A stretch of 64,000 bases of DNA from an uncultured Gammaproteobacteria bacterium (GCA_964633905.1 CAZWIT010000004.1:9336-73335); one strand, 5' to 3'. Numbered from the stretch's first letter, positions 18,191-28,986 are shown. Numbers and translations: made by a program. Notes: generated from the sequence alone by a model not told the origin.

Positions 18191-20088
18191 TGTCTATTTA
18201 TAATAAACAAGCAGGATTTTCATTAATTGAGCTGATGATAGCTATTGCTTTTATTGCTGTAACAATTGTTTCAATTTTTAGAATTAGTGCTTTTAATAGT
18301 TATATTAGGAAGACAAATACTGCTAGAACTCAAGCTATATATCACGCTGTCCAGGGTCTAGAAGCTAGTCGTTTGATTGTTTGGAGCGATTTGGCAAGCG
18401 GCGATCATGGTTTGATTCAGGAAAATAATACTTGGCATTTAACTAGTCAGCCTGATTTGTTAGATAATAAATATTTACGCACTATTAGGATTGAGGATGT
18501 TTATCGCACAAATATTAGCAATGGCAATGTTTATGGTGATATTAGCTCAAGCTCAAATTTAGATCCTGATAGCAAGAAAGTGATAGTGACAGTTAGTTGG
18601 ACTGGCTATGGTGGCAAGCAAAAAGAAGAAGTGCTTGAAACATATTTACATCGTTTTAGGGCTAATCGTTGGTCACAGATAGATTGGTCCGGAGGCGCCG
18701 GGCAAACTAATTGGTCTGATAAAACAAAATTTGATACTAAAAATGCAGGCATTGATGTAACCATACCAGGTGTATCAACTCTTATTGCGGGGTTTTTAGA
18801 TTGGAATGAAGCAACTACTACTGCTACTTATAATACACCCGGTAGTTCAGATGATAATGATGTTTTTGAATTAAATGGTCGGGCTTATGTGGTAACCGAA
18901 AATAATAGTTCCGGATCAGAACTTTATATATTAAACGTAAGTAATATTGATAATCCGCAGTTATTGGGTTCATATAATGTAGGTGCTGGTGTGACAGCTG
19001 TAGTTGTTCAGGGAAACTATGCTTATATTTCTACGCGCTCAGATAGTGGTGAATTTCAAATACTCAATATTTCTAATCCTAATAGTATTCAAAGGCTAGC
19101 CACCGTCAATTTAAGTGGTAGTAGCGACGCTAGAGATATAGTGGTTAATGCTAATCAGGCTTATATTGTCCAAGGCAGTACTCTTTATTCTTATAATATT
19201 ATTAACCCTAATAGTCCCCAATCTTTAGATTCTGTTAGCGTCAGCTACACCGGCAATGAAATTTTTGTCTCAGAAAATTATGTTTATGTAGCCACTGAAG
19301 ATTCTAGTAAAGAATTACAAATAATTGACATTACTAATCCAGCTAATATTTTTTTGGCAGGACAATTTAATTTAGCTGGCTCTTTGCAAGCTACTGATGT
19401 TAATATTCGTGGTAGTCGCGCTTATGTATCTGTGCGTGCTAATTCTAATGCCGAATTTTATATCTTTGATTTAGAAGATCCAATTGATCCACAATTGCTA
19501 GGTACTTATGAGACTGGTTACGATATTAATGCTTTCTCAGTAGTCGGTCCCTATGCCTTATTAGGCGTAGCCTTGAGTTCGGAGGAGTTAAGGGTAATTG
19601 ATATTTCTTTTCCAGCTACTATTAATAAAGTCTCAGGCTTTGATTTGTATGGTTCCATTTTAGGTATGTCGGCTAATTGCGCTGTTATTTATGCAGCCAC
19701 TACTGGCGATGCTGGTGAATTTACTATTATTTCCACAGAAGCAACTAATTGCCAATATGCTTCTTCTGGTGTTTTAAGTTCTTCGATTTTTGATACTGGT
19801 AGTGATCAAGTAATTTATAATTGGATAAAATGGAGTGGTATTGCTCCGCAAAATACTTCTATCAGATTTCAATTAGCTAGTAGTAATAGTATCAATGGTC
19901 CTTGGAATTTTGTTGGTCCAGATGGGACGTCTAACACTTTTTATACTAATGGATCAATAGATTATATTAACTATAATTTTCATGCTAATCAGCGCTATTT
20001 GCGTTATAGTCTGTATTTAGATACTAGCTCCGAGTTGCAAGTCCCAGTCTTAGAAGATGTAACTATTAGTTATTCTACTTATCCATGA
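18190..20088 (+). CDS. Prepilin-signal protein with LVIVD-like repeat propeller
   Basis: G|FSLIELMIAI; repeated VxGNYAY...L(Q/Y)I(I/L)(D/N)(I/V)(S/T)NP units. Confidence 0.8.
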   Translation: MSIYNKQAGFSLIELMIAIAFIAVTIVSIFRISAFNSYIRKTNTARTQAIYHAVQGLEASRLIVWSDLASGDHGLIQENNTWHLTSQPDLLDNKYLRTIRIEDVYRTNISNGNVYGDISSSSNLDPDSKKVIVTVSWTGYGGKQKEEVLETYLHRFRANRWSQIDWSGGAGQTNWSDKTKFDTKNAGIDVTIPGVSTLIAGFLDWNEATTTATYNTPGSSDDNDVFELNGRAYVVTENNSSGSELYILNVSNIDNPQLLGSYNVGAGVTAVVVQGNYAYISTRSDSGEFQILNISNPNSIQRLATVNLSGSSDARDIVVNANQAYIVQGSTLYSYNIINPNSPQSLDSVSVSYTGNEIFVSENYVYVATEDSSKELQIIDITNPANIFLAGQFNLAGSLQATDVNIRGSRAYVSVRANSNAEFYIFDLEDPIDPQLLGTYETGYDINAFSVVGPYALLGVALSSEELRVIDISFPATINKVSGFDLYGSILGMSANCAVIYAATTGDAGEFTIISTEATNCQYASSGVLSSSIFDTGSDQVIYNWIKWSGIAPQNTSIRFQLASSNSINGPWNFVGPDGTSNTFYTNGSIDYINYNFHANQRYLRYSLYLDTSSELQVPVLEDVTISYSTYP

Positions 20089-20636
20089 TAATAAATAAAT
20101 TAAAAAATAGATATTCTAATCAAAAAGGTTTTACTATGATTGAAACCTTGGCTTATTTATTTATTACTAGTCTATTATTGATATTAATTATCAGCTTGAT
20201 TAGCAATATTTTTAATGCTCGTCGTCAATTTAGGGCAGCGGAACTTACTGATCGTAACGCTCGTTATATTATGAGTTTTGTTTTAAATAAAGTACATAAT
20301 GTTGATTTGATTGATCAGACAGGCGTGAATCCAGAGGATATATATTTTTATGATTTGCCAGATAAGCGTTTTAATTTTTCTTTAGAATCAGGCGATTTAA
20401 TTTTTCGTTTAGTAGAGGATAGTGGTGCTGGTTTTCCTGAACAAAGTACGGCTCTAGCCCAAAATCTAAATTTTAATGGAGTTAAAGTTAGTAATTTTTC
20501 TTTAAGTAATTTAGAAGATAATTTAGGCCGTGAAAATCAAGGAGTTAATTTTTCTTTTACTTTGCAAGTCGGCACCAGTAGTGATCGTTATGGTTTTGCA
20601 GAAGAAAATTTTAGTACATTTTTTAGCATACGTTAA
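20085..20636 (+). CDS. Type IV minor pilin (PilW/PulJ-like)
   Basis: KG|FTMIETLAYL. Confidence 0.82.
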   Translation: MIINKLKNRYSNQKGFTMIETLAYLFITSLLLILIISLISNIFNARRQFRAAELTDRNARYIMSFVLNKVHNVDLIDQTGVNPEDIYFYDLPDKRFNFSLESGDLIFRLVEDSGAGFPEQSTALAQNLNFNGVKVSNFSLSNLEDNLGRENQGVNFSFTLQVGTSSDRYGFAEENFSTFFSIR

Positions 20637-20637
20637 T

Positions 20638-21606
20638 ATGAAAATATATTTTAATTTTTTAAAAAAATTAAAGAGCTCAGACGGTTCGGCAGCTTTAGTT
20701 GCTTCAATGATGGTTTCGGCAGTTGTTTTGTCGATAATATTATCAGTTTTAATTTTAAGTTTAAACGCTCGCGCTGGCGTGCAATCTTTTGTTGATTCAG
20801 TACAGAGTTTTTATGCAGCTGAGGCTGGAGTGAGTGAATCATTATTTCAACTTAGGAAAGAGCCTGATAATTTTTCTTTTGATCAATTGATAGTAGGTCA
20901 CGTGCCAGTTGATAGTCAATTTGTGGAAGTGGCTGGTACTTGTGATCTGCCTGCTCAGTGTCAGTTTTTGCCAAATTCTGGTTGGTGGGGTGAATATTTT
21001 AATTATTCTGTTAATCATCCTGATATGGAAGTTAATCCTTATCCTGGGCCAACACCGACGCCCACGGAGCATGATTGGTATGATGATACTTACAAAACCC
21101 ATGAGCAGATAGATGCTAATTTACTTTTGCCCAATAGCATGTGGTTTCCTTATGATGGGACTATTTGGGAAAATAAAGAAGGTTATGCTCATGACTATCA
21201 TTTTGGTATGCATTGGCGTGCTAAAGTAACAGCGCCAGCTGATGGGAATTATAGCTATTCTTTGGCTTCGGACGATGATTCTTGGGTTTTGCGTAATGGT
21301 ATTGTGATCGTTAATAATAGTGGTACGCATGCTGCTTTTGTAAAAACTGGCGATATTTATCTTACGGCTGGTGATAATTTAGTTGAAATTTATTTTACAG
21401 AAAGACACACGGTCGAGTCTGGATTTAGATTCTTTTTTGATAATAGCAATTTAATTATTACTCCTTGGCCAGAAGGCTGTGGCGAGGATTTTCAATGTAA
21501 TTCCCATATTGAATCAAGTGCCAGCACTACCAAGGCAATGCGTAAAGTGCGCTATACCTGTAATCAGGCAATTGAAAATTGTGGTTGGAGCGAGTTAATT
21601 CCTTAG
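20638..21606 (+). CDS. PilX-like minor pilin with PA14 domain; start revised
   Basis: G|SAALVASM, SFYAAEAGV (PilX N-term); GNYSYSLASDDDSWV...NSGTH...YFTE (PA14). Confidence 0.75.
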   Translation: MKIYFNFLKKLKSSDGSAALVASMMVSAVVLSIILSVLILSLNARAGVQSFVDSVQSFYAAEAGVSESLFQLRKEPDNFSFDQLIVGHVPVDSQFVEVAGTCDLPAQCQFLPNSGWWGEYFNYSVNHPDMEVNPYPGPTPTPTEHDWYDDTYKTHEQIDANLLLPNSMWFPYDGTIWENKEGYAHDYHFGMHWRAKVTAPADGNYSYSLASDDDSWVLRNGIVIVNNSGTHAAFVKTGDIYLTAGDNLVEIYFTERHTVESGFRFFFDNSNLIITPWPEGCGEDFQCNSHIESSASTTKAMRKVRYTCNQAIENCGWSELIP

Positions 21607-21610
21607 ATAT

Positions 21611-21652
21611 AAAAAAACAACCCAGCTGCTTATGGCAACAGGGTTGTTTTTT
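21611..21652. terminator. Bidirectional terminator between convergent genes
   Basis: AAAAAAACAACCC...GGGTTGTTTTTT. Confidence 0.75.
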
Positions 21653-21657
21653 ATTTG

Positions 21658-23691
21658 TTATAGCATCATTGAGATTAATAATAATGCTACTACGTTTAAA
21701 ATTTTAATCATGGGGTTAATAGCTGGGCCAGCTGTATCTTTGTATGGGTCGCCAACTGTGTCTCCAGTGACAGCTGCTTTGTGAGCGTCTGATCCTTTGC
21801 CACCATGGTTACCTTTTTCAATATATTTTTTAGCATTGTCCCAAGCACCACCGCCAGAGGTCATAGAAATAGCTACAAATAAACCAGTGATAATACTACC
21901 TACTAAAGTGCCGCCTAAAACGGCAAAGCCATTTGTTTTGAATATAATTACAATTAAGATTGGAATTAAAACTGGAATCAAGGCAGGTATAATCATTTGC
22001 TTGAGAGCGCCTTTGGTAACAATATCTACAGCTGAGCCGTAGTCTGGTTTATCAGCACCAGTCATAATGCCTGGTTTTTCTTTAAATTGACGACGTACTT
22101 CCTGGACAATATAGCCAGCGGTTTTACCGACAGCCTCCATGGATAAAGCACCAAAAATATAAGGTAAAAGAGCGCCAATAAATAAGCCAGATAATACAAA
22201 AGGATCGTCTAGTTTAAAAATAATATTTTTACCGACAGCTTCTAACTCCTGAGTGTAGGCTGAAAATAACACTAAAGCAGCCAGTCCAGCAGAAGCAATA
22301 GCATAACCCTTGGTAACGGCCTTGGTAGTATTACCAACAGCGTCTAATGGGTCAGTAATATTCCTGACATTTTCTGGAAGGCCTGCCATTTCAGCAATAC
22401 CGCCAGCATTATCGGTAATTGGACCATAAGCATCAATAGTAACAATTACGCCAGCCAAAGATAACATGCTCATGGCAGCCACGGCAATGCCATATAGCCC
22501 AGCCCAGTGAAAGGCTAAAATAATACCAGCTACAATGACAATTACTGGCCAAGCAGTTGATTTCATAGAAATGGCTAGTCCTTGGATAACATTAGTGCCA
22601 TGACCAGTTTCGGAAGCTTTAGCAATTGATTTTACAGGAGCATATTTAGTAGAAGTATAATATTCAGTAATCCAAACAATCAAAGCAGTAACACCAAGAC
22701 CAACTAAAGCAGCATAAAAAATATTAGTATATTTATAGCTGATTAAGTCAGACATTAAGGCTTTGGTTACAAAGTAAAAACCAATCATTGCAAATACACC
22801 AGCAGCTATTAAGCCTTTGTAAAGAGTGTTCATGATTAAGCCTTTTTTTTCTATTTCTTCTACCTTATGTTTTTTATCTAGTTTTATAAAAAATAAACCA
22901 AACAAGGAAGCAATAATAGCAATAGCGCCTAAGGCTAGAGGATATTGAACAGCTTTTTCAGTATGAGGAAAGGTAAGTGAGCCTAAAAGCATTGCTGCTA
23001 CTAAGGTAACAGCGTAAGTCTCAAATAAGTCAGCGGCCATACCAGCACAATCACCGACGTTATCACCAACATTATCAGCAATCACGGCTGGGTTTCGAGG
23101 ATCATCTTCAGGAATACCAGCTTCCACTTTGCCAACCAAGTCAGCACCAACGTCAGCAGCTTTAGTAAAAATGCCGCCACCTAGGCGAGCAAAGACAGAA
23201 ATTAAACTGCCGCCAAAACCTAAACCAACTAAATGTTTAACAGTAATAAAAGGTAGGGCATATAATCCAGCTACACCTAAAAGGGCTAAGCCAACTACCA
23301 ACATACCGGTAACAGAGCCGCCTAAGACAGCTACTTTTAGAGCAGATTGGATATTAACTTTGGCAGCTTCAGCAGTGCGGACATTGGCACGAACAGAAAC
23401 ATTCATACCAATGATGCCGGCAGCAGCCGAAAGCACAGCGCCAATAATAAATGAGAAAGCTGTTGCCCAATCAATGGCAAAGCCTAAAATAATAAATAGA
23501 GCCACGGCTAGATAGGCAATAGTGCGGTATTGGCGAGTAATATAAGCTTTAGCGCCAGTTTGAATTGCTTTGGCAATTTCTTGCATTTTTTCATCGCCAC
23601 TGTGGAATTTTAATATTTTTTTGATCATCAAAGCACCAAAGGCAATAGAGATCAAGGCAGCGACAATGGACAAAATTGTGATAGTATCCAT
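21658..23691 (-). CDS. hppA: Membrane-bound pyrophosphatase, K+-independent (H+-pumping) type
   Basis: [36 protein letters not shown]; GNTTKA has Lys at the K+-dependence position. Confidence 0.93.
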   Translation of the reverse strand: MDTITILSIVAALISIAFGALMIKKILKFHSGDEKMQEIAKAIQTGAKAYITRQYRTIAYLAVALFIILGFAIDWATAFSFIIGAVLSAAAGIIGMNVSVRANVRTAEAAKVNIQSALKVAVLGGSVTGMLVVGLALLGVAGLYALPFITVKHLVGLGFGGSLISVFARLGGGIFTKAADVGADLVGKVEAGIPEDDPRNPAVIADNVGDNVGDCAGMAADLFETYAVTLVAAMLLGSLTFPHTEKAVQYPLALGAIAIIASLFGLFFIKLDKKHKVEEIEKKGLIMNTLYKGLIAAGVFAMIGFYFVTKALMSDLISYKYTNIFYAALVGLGVTALIVWITEYYTSTKYAPVKSIAKASETGHGTNVIQGLAISMKSTAWPVIVIVAGIILAFHWAGLYGIAVAAMSMLSLAGVIVTIDAYGPITDNAGGIAEMAGLPENVRNITDPLDAVGNTTKAVTKGYAIASAGLAALVLFSAYTQELEAVGKNIIFKLDDPFVLSGLFIGALLPYIFGALSMEAVGKTAGYIVQEVRRQFKEKPGIMTGADKPDYGSAVDIVTKGALKQMIIPALIPVLIPILIVIIFKTNGFAVLGGTLVGSIITGLFVAISMTSGGGAWDNAKKYIEKGNHGGKGSDAHKAAVTGDTVGDPYKDTAGPAINPMIKILNVVALLLISMML

Positions 23692-23712
23692 ACTTTTTTA
23701 AAAATTAATTAA

Positions 23713-25005
23713 TTATTCTGATTTTTTAGTTTTTTTAATTTTGGGGGCAGCTTTTTTCTTTTTAATATCATCATCTTTGCTAATTTCTTTGGCGGCTGCC
23801 GTGTTTATTTCGACCTCTTCTTCATCTTTATTAATTTCAGCTTCATTATTTTCTTTATCCGCAGCTTTTTCTTTTTTGCCATCACTAGGGACAATGTCTA
23901 TTTTCCAACCAGTAAGTTTAGCTGCCAGTCGAGCATTCTGCCCACTTTTGCCAATAGCGAGTGATAATTGATCTTCGGCTACTTTGACAATGGCAGTTCT
24001 TGCTTCTTCATTGATATTGATAGAAGTAATATTAGCTGGGCTTAAAGCATGAGTTATAAATATTTTTGGATCAGCACTCCATTCAATAATATCAATTTTT
24101 TCTCCACCCAACTCTGAAATAACAGTTTGGACGCGAGCACCGCGTTGACCAACGCAAGATCCGACTGGATCAATGTTGCTTTCAGAGGAACTGACAGCAA
24201 TTTTAGAACGAGCACCAGCTTCGCGAGCAATTGCTTTTATTTCAACTGTGCCAGCAGCAATTTCTGGAACCTCAGTAGCAAATAATTCTCTGACAATATC
24301 AGGGTGAGTACGAGATAAGACAATTTCTGGTCCTTTGTTACCCATGCCAACAGCTACTATATAAAAATTTAATCTAGAACCAATATTGTATTTTTCAAAA
24401 CGAATTTGTTCTTCAGGCGGTAAGACGCCATTGGCTTGTCCTAGGTCTACAATATAGCGGCGACCTTCGCTCCTTTGGATGGTGCCTAAAACTAGTTCGC
24501 CTTGCTTGTCTTGGTATTCGCTGAAAATATGATCACGTTCAGCTTCACGTAAACGTTGGATGATTACCTGTTTGGCAGTTTGAGCAGCCATACGGCCATA
24601 CTCTTCTGGTACTGCTAATTTAGTTTCGATTACATCGCCAATTTTGTAATCAGGGTTAATAGTTTTTGCTTCAGAGAGCATGATTTCAGAACGAGGATTA
24701 AATTTTTTAATAATATCCTCTTCTGCTATTTCAGCGCCGGCTTCTCTGCTCAAGCGTTGTTCTTCCCACTGGGCTTCTTGAGCTTCAATGTCAACATCTT
24801 CTACCACAGTTTTAACATCAAAAACAGCAGTTTGGCCATTATCAGCATTAAAAACTACTTTGATGTTTTGGTTTGGTGTGCCAAACTCTTTACGGTAGGC
24901 AGCAGCCAGGGCTGCTTCAATTGCTCCGATTACAGCTTCCATAGATAGATTTTTTTCTTGGCAAATCTGTCTGATGGCTGTTAGGAGGTTATTGTTTTGT
25001 GCCAT
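23713..25005 (-). CDS. nusA: Transcription factor NusA
   Basis: GRMAAQTAKQVI, AREAGARSKIAV, DPVGSCVGQRG, AIGKSGQNARLA. Confidence 0.97.
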   Translation of the reverse strand: MAQNNNLLTAIRQICQEKNLSMEAVIGAIEAALAAAYRKEFGTPNQNIKVVFNADNGQTAVFDVKTVVEDVDIEAQEAQWEEQRLSREAGAEIAEEDIIKKFNPRSEIMLSEAKTINPDYKIGDVIETKLAVPEEYGRMAAQTAKQVIIQRLREAERDHIFSEYQDKQGELVLGTIQRSEGRRYIVDLGQANGVLPPEEQIRFEKYNIGSRLNFYIVAVGMGNKGPEIVLSRTHPDIVRELFATEVPEIAAGTVEIKAIAREAGARSKIAVSSSESNIDPVGSCVGQRGARVQTVISELGGEKIDIIEWSADPKIFITHALSPANITSININEEARTAIVKVAEDQLSLAIGKSGQNARLAAKLTGWKIDIVPSDGKKEKAADKENNEAEINKDEEEVEINTAAAKEISKDDDIKKKKAAPKIKKTKKSE

Positions 25006-25074
25006 GATTTTTAGTTTGATTAAAAATTTATAAAAATAAGCTAGTTTAATAATAAACTAGCTTACAACAATGGT

Positions 25075-25103
25075 AGTATACTCTTTTTGTCAATTTTGGT
25101 CAA
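25075..25103 (-). promoter_or_regulatory. nusA promoter
   Basis: Minus strand TTGACC-17 bp-TATACT. Confidence 0.7.
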
Positions 25104-25235
25104 CCCCGTCAAATAACCTTGCGCTAAGCGCAAGGTCCCTGCGCATAGCTAAAATTAAAATTATTTAAAGATAAATTGATATTATATATATTAAGCTTTT
25201 TTCTTAGAAATAATTTAGCGCGGGATTTTACGGGG
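25104..25235. mobile_element. Putative MITE, copy 2
   Basis: CCCCGTCAAAT...ATTTTACGGGG (10/11 TIR), TCAA on both sides, internal hairpin ACCTTGCGC/GCGCAAGGT. Confidence 0.65.
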
Positions 25236-25248
25236 TCAAGAGCAGGCA

Positions 25249-25605
25249 TTAGATCATAAATCTTTGTAGCTTGGCCTTTTTACCACTTATTTGTATAGAA
25301 CAGATTTCGATACTTATTAAAAAATTAGAATAATTATATTTATTTTGCAGCCACTGCCAGGATTTTTCAATTGCTTTAATTTTTTGTTTATTAATAGCTT
25401 CTTCGGGCAATCCCAGATACTTACTAGTACGAGTTTTTACTTCAACAATAATAATTTGATTATTTTTTATTAATAATAAATCTATTTCACCACAGGGGGT
25501 ATTTAGGTTTTTGCCTAATAATTTATAACCCAAATTTTGGTAATAACTACTAGCTAATTCTTCTCCTAGACGGCCTAATTTGTTATTTGATATTTTTTTG
25601 AACAT
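25249..25605 (-). CDS. YraN family PD-(D/E)XK nuclease-like protein
   Basis: LGRLGEELA, GEIDL, VEVKTR, PEEAI. Confidence 0.88.
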   Translation of the reverse strand: MFKKISNNKLGRLGEELASSYYQNLGYKLLGKNLNTPCGEIDLLLIKNNQIIIVEVKTRTSKYLGLPEEAINKQKIKAIEKSWQWLQNKYNYSNFLISIEICSIQISGKKAKLQRFMI

Positions 25606-25653
25606 AAAAAAACAGGTAAATTTGGCCTGTTTTTATTATGAATTTTATAAAAA

Positions 25654-26082
25654 TTATTTTTTATTTTGGGGTAACCATTTATTAAATTCTTCCTTAGCAG
25701 CAATAGCTGCTTGTTTTTTTGGTAAATCTTTGCGCCAATAAATAATAATAGTTATTAACCAAATAAAAATTATTATTAGCCAAGCGAGTAATAATAAACG
25801 TGAGGCTAAATAAATAGCTTGGACTTCTCGGAAAAATACTAGTAATAAACCGATAATGCCAGTAGTAAAGCCCCAAGCTCTAATTTTTTTAAGTAAGGTT
25901 TTTTTAGGGCCTTGGCTATTTTTAATTTTTCGGTAACACAAGATAGCAAGAATAATTGCCCCTAAAAATATTACTAATAAAACGATACGTATTGGCCAAG
26001 AAAAACCAAGCGGGGCATATCTTTGCCAAAGGTAGGACCAATGTAGGAATTTAGTTAAGTTCATAATTATTATTTTATGCAC
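25654..26082 (-). CDS. Hypothetical membrane protein
   Basis: 3 hydrophobic segments; likely start at MNLTKF. Confidence 0.7.
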   Translation of the reverse strand: MHKIIIMNLTKFLHWSYLWQRYAPLGFSWPIRIVLLVIFLGAIILAILCYRKIKNSQGPKKTLLKKIRAWGFTTGIIGLLLVFFREVQAIYLASRLLLLAWLIIIFIWLITIIIYWRKDLPKKQAAIAAKEEFNKWLPQNKK

Positions 26083-26170
26083 ATATATTAGATAATTAAT
26101 TGGATAAAGTCAACCCCATCAAATTTAAAAGCCCCTTTGTAAATTAGGAGCTTTTATGTAATGAGTTAAT

Positions 26171-26752
26171 TTATTTTTTGGTAAATAATAGTCCGAAGTG
26201 ATAACGACCAGCATTGAATTCTTTGACTAAAGTTAAATCCAGTTGTTGGCTGAGCTCAATGATTTTCTGAGGTTCGATAATCATTTCTGGTGGTGGGCCA
26301 AAACTTAATTCATTTTTTGACCAGTCAACAATTAGCAGTCGGCCACCGCTTTTTAATAATCTAGTAGCTTCAGCTAAGATTTCATAATGTTTTTTTGATT
26401 GATATAAAATATTAACTAAGATGCTAGCATCTAAGGACCCTTCGCTGATTTTAGTAGCGCCAACAATTTCTAAATTACTCCAAACAGTTTTGATATTATT
26501 AAGACCGGCAAGTCTAGCCTTTGATTCAATTTCAGATAAGATATTTTTTACTACATCAACGGCATATACCTGCCCAACATCGCCAACGAGCCTAGCTGAT
26601 TCTAATAAAAATAAGCCGCCACCAGCGCCAAGGTCTCCTACCATTTCACCTCGCTTGAGTTGTAGGATATCTTTTAAAATTTGGCCAGCATCCAAAAGTT
26701 CGCTACGCCCAGAATTACTAGTTTGGCTATTATTATTGGTATTGTTAGTCAT
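26171..26752 (-). CDS. Class I SAM-dependent methyltransferase
   Basis: VGDLGAGGG, VYAVDV, LLKSGGRLLIVDW. Confidence 0.88.
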   Translation of the reverse strand: MTNNTNNNSQTSNSGRSELLDAGQILKDILQLKRGEMVGDLGAGGGLFLLESARLVGDVGQVYAVDVVKNILSEIESKARLAGLNNIKTVWSNLEIVGATKISEGSLDASILVNILYQSKKHYEILAEATRLLKSGGRLLIVDWSKNELSFGPPPEMIIEPQKIIELSQQLDLTLVKEFNAGRYHFGLLFTKK

Positions 26753-26866
26753 ATTTTTTTATCTAAATATATTATAACAAAAATAGCAATTTTAGGCTAT
26801 GGATTTTATAATTGCCAAGTAGATGTCAAAGCCCTATAATAGGCTAATAAGCCTTAAGATAAATTT

Positions 26867-28666
26867 ATGTGTGGAATAATAGCTTATATTGGACCAAAGC
26901 CTCTGGGCCCTATACTTTTGGAGGGTTTGGCAAAATTAGAATACCGTGGTTATGATAGTGCTGGTTTATGTGTTTTAGATGGTGGTAATTTAAAGACCAT
27001 TAAACAAATAGGTCGGATCAAAGAATTGTCTCAACATCCAGGTATAAAAGATATAGGTTGTGGCTTAGGTATTGCTCATACTCGTTGGGCAACGCATGGT
27101 GAGCCTAGTGAAATAAATGCTCATCCGCACTTAGATTGCAGTGGTGAAATTGCTATAGTCCATAATGGTATTATCGAAAACTATACAGCTCTTAAGGAAA
27201 TTTTAATCAAAGAAGGGCATTTAATAAAATCAGCAACTGATTCAGAAATTTTAGCTCACTTGATTGAAAAGTTTTATCAAGGAGATTTGAGTATGGCTAT
27301 TCGCCAAGCTTTAAAATTAGTAGAGGGAGCTTTTGGCTTAGCGGTAATTAAAAAAAATGAAAATAAAATAATAATTGCCCGTCGTGGTTCGCCACTAGTG
27401 ATTGGATTAGGGCAAAATGAAATGTTTGTTGCCTCTGATATTCCAGCAATTTTAAATCATACTAGACAAGTGATTTATATGCAGGATAACGAAATGGCAG
27501 TAGTAACTAGTGATCATTATGAAATTACTAATTTAGATGGCGAAGTTCTTTCCAAGCAAGTAGAGGATATCAAGTGGTCGGTGACCGAATTAGAGAAAAA
27601 AGGTTTTAAGCATTTTATGCTTAAAGAAATTGTCGAACAAGCAGAGGCTTTGACTAATGTCTTACGAGGCCGTATAAAAAATGGACAAATAAAATTATCA
27701 GTTAATTTTGAACCGGATAAAATTAAGAGAATTATTATTACAGCTTGTGGTACTAGCTGGCATTCAGCTTTAGTTGGTAAATATTATCTCGAAGCTCTAA
27801 CCCAGATTCCAGTTGAAGTTGATTATGCTTCTGAATTTCGTTATCGTAATCCTATTTTGGGAGCGCAAGATTTGGTGATTGCCATTTCTCAATCAGGCGA
27901 AACGGCCGATACTTTAGCAGCTATTAAAGAAGCTAAAAATAAGCAGGCAAATACTTTGGGCATAGTTAATGTAGTTGGCTCGACTATTACTCGTGAAGTT
28001 GGTTCGGGTATTTATTTGCATATTGGTCCAGAAATTGGGGTAGCCAGCACCAAAGCTTTTACAGCTCAGGTTTTGACTTTATTGTTGCTAGCCTTATATC
28101 TACGACAGCAATTAGCTTGGCCTTTGCCTGCTCAAATTTTACAAGAAATAGAAATTTTACCAGGTTTTATTAAACAGACTTTAGATAGTGATCAGTTAAT
28201 TCAACGTTTAGCCAGTATCTTTAAGGATGCTAGTAATTTTTTGTATTTAGGCCGAGGTTTAAATTTTCCAGTAGCCCTAGAAGGAGCCTTGAAATTGAAA
28301 GAAATATCTTATATTCATGCTGAAGGTTATCCAGCAGCTGAGATTAAACACGGACCAATTGCACTAGTTGATAAAAATATGCCAGTAGTTTTTATTGCTA
28401 CTAAAAATACTTTAACACAAAAGATTTTGAGTAATATGCAGGAAGTAAAAGCTAGAGGCGGTACAATATTAGCAGTAGTTAATACTGGTCAAGAAGATAT
28501 TTATAAAGTAGCTGATTATACTATTATTGTGCCAACTGTTAGCGAAATGTTATCTCCTCTTGTTAATATTATTCCTTTGCAACTTTTGGCTTACTATATT
28601 GCGGAAAGTAGGGGCTTAGATGTAGATAAACCTAGGAACTTAGCTAAATCAGTAACCGTAGAATAA
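26867..28666 (+). CDS. glmS: Glutamine-fructose-6-phosphate aminotransferase
   Basis: MCGI, EYRGYDSAG, HTRWATHG, SQSGETADT, PRNLAKSVTVE. Confidence 0.98.
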   Translation: MCGIIAYIGPKPLGPILLEGLAKLEYRGYDSAGLCVLDGGNLKTIKQIGRIKELSQHPGIKDIGCGLGIAHTRWATHGEPSEINAHPHLDCSGEIAIVHNGIIENYTALKEILIKEGHLIKSATDSEILAHLIEKFYQGDLSMAIRQALKLVEGAFGLAVIKKNENKIIIARRGSPLVIGLGQNEMFVASDIPAILNHTRQVIYMQDNEMAVVTSDHYEITNLDGEVLSKQVEDIKWSVTELEKKGFKHFMLKEIVEQAEALTNVLRGRIKNGQIKLSVNFEPDKIKRIIITACGTSWHSALVGKYYLEALTQIPVEVDYASEFRYRNPILGAQDLVIAISQSGETADTLAAIKEAKNKQANTLGIVNVVGSTITREVGSGIYLHIGPEIGVASTKAFTAQVLTLLLLALYLRQQLAWPLPAQILQEIEILPGFIKQTLDSDQLIQRLASIFKDASNFLYLGRGLNFPVALEGALKLKEISYIHAEGYPAAEIKHGPIALVDKNMPVVFIATKNTLTQKILSNMQEVKARGGTILAVVNTGQEDIYKVADYTIIVPTVSEMLSPLVNIIPLQLLAYYIAESRGLDVDKPRNLAKSVTVE

Positions 28667-28712
28667 TTTTTTACATTTAGGACTTACAATGTTATAATAT
28701 ATTTATACAAAT

Positions 28713-28925
28713 ATGAAAGATAAAATAAAAAACATTTTAGTAATAGCTATTATTATAGCTGTTATCGCGGCTACTATTATAGCCTTGTTACTAATTTTAG
28801 AAATTGGCGATAATCAAGAATTAACTCAATCTTTATTCAAGATTTTGAAAGTTCTGGGCGTTTTGGTACTGGCATCAATTTTGATTTTAGGAGTTTTACG
28901 TTTTAGTAATCGCCAAGTCAAATAG
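28713..28925 (+). CDS. Small membrane protein
   Basis: Two TM helices; upstream TGTTATAAT. Confidence 0.65.
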   Translation: MKDKIKNILVIAIIIAVIAATIIALLLILEIGDNQELTQSLFKILKVLGVLVLASILILGVLRFSNRQVK

Positions 28926-28957
28926 TCTTACGCATTAGTCAAGTAAGGGGCTAATAG

Positions 28958-28986
28958 TTGACTTTTTTTGATTTTTTGTTTATAAT
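28958..28986 (+). promoter_or_regulatory. tRNA-Glu promoter
   Basis: TTGACT-17 bp-TATAAT. Confidence 0.75.

Noticed and set aside
20530-20637. Long start of the PilX-like gene
   Set aside because: Overlaps the upstream pilin; ATG 20638 follows its stop and precedes the prepilin-like Gly
26753-26866. glmS ribozyme
   Set aside because: Spacer is only 114 bp, with TATAAT about 26 bp from the ATG; no room or conserved core
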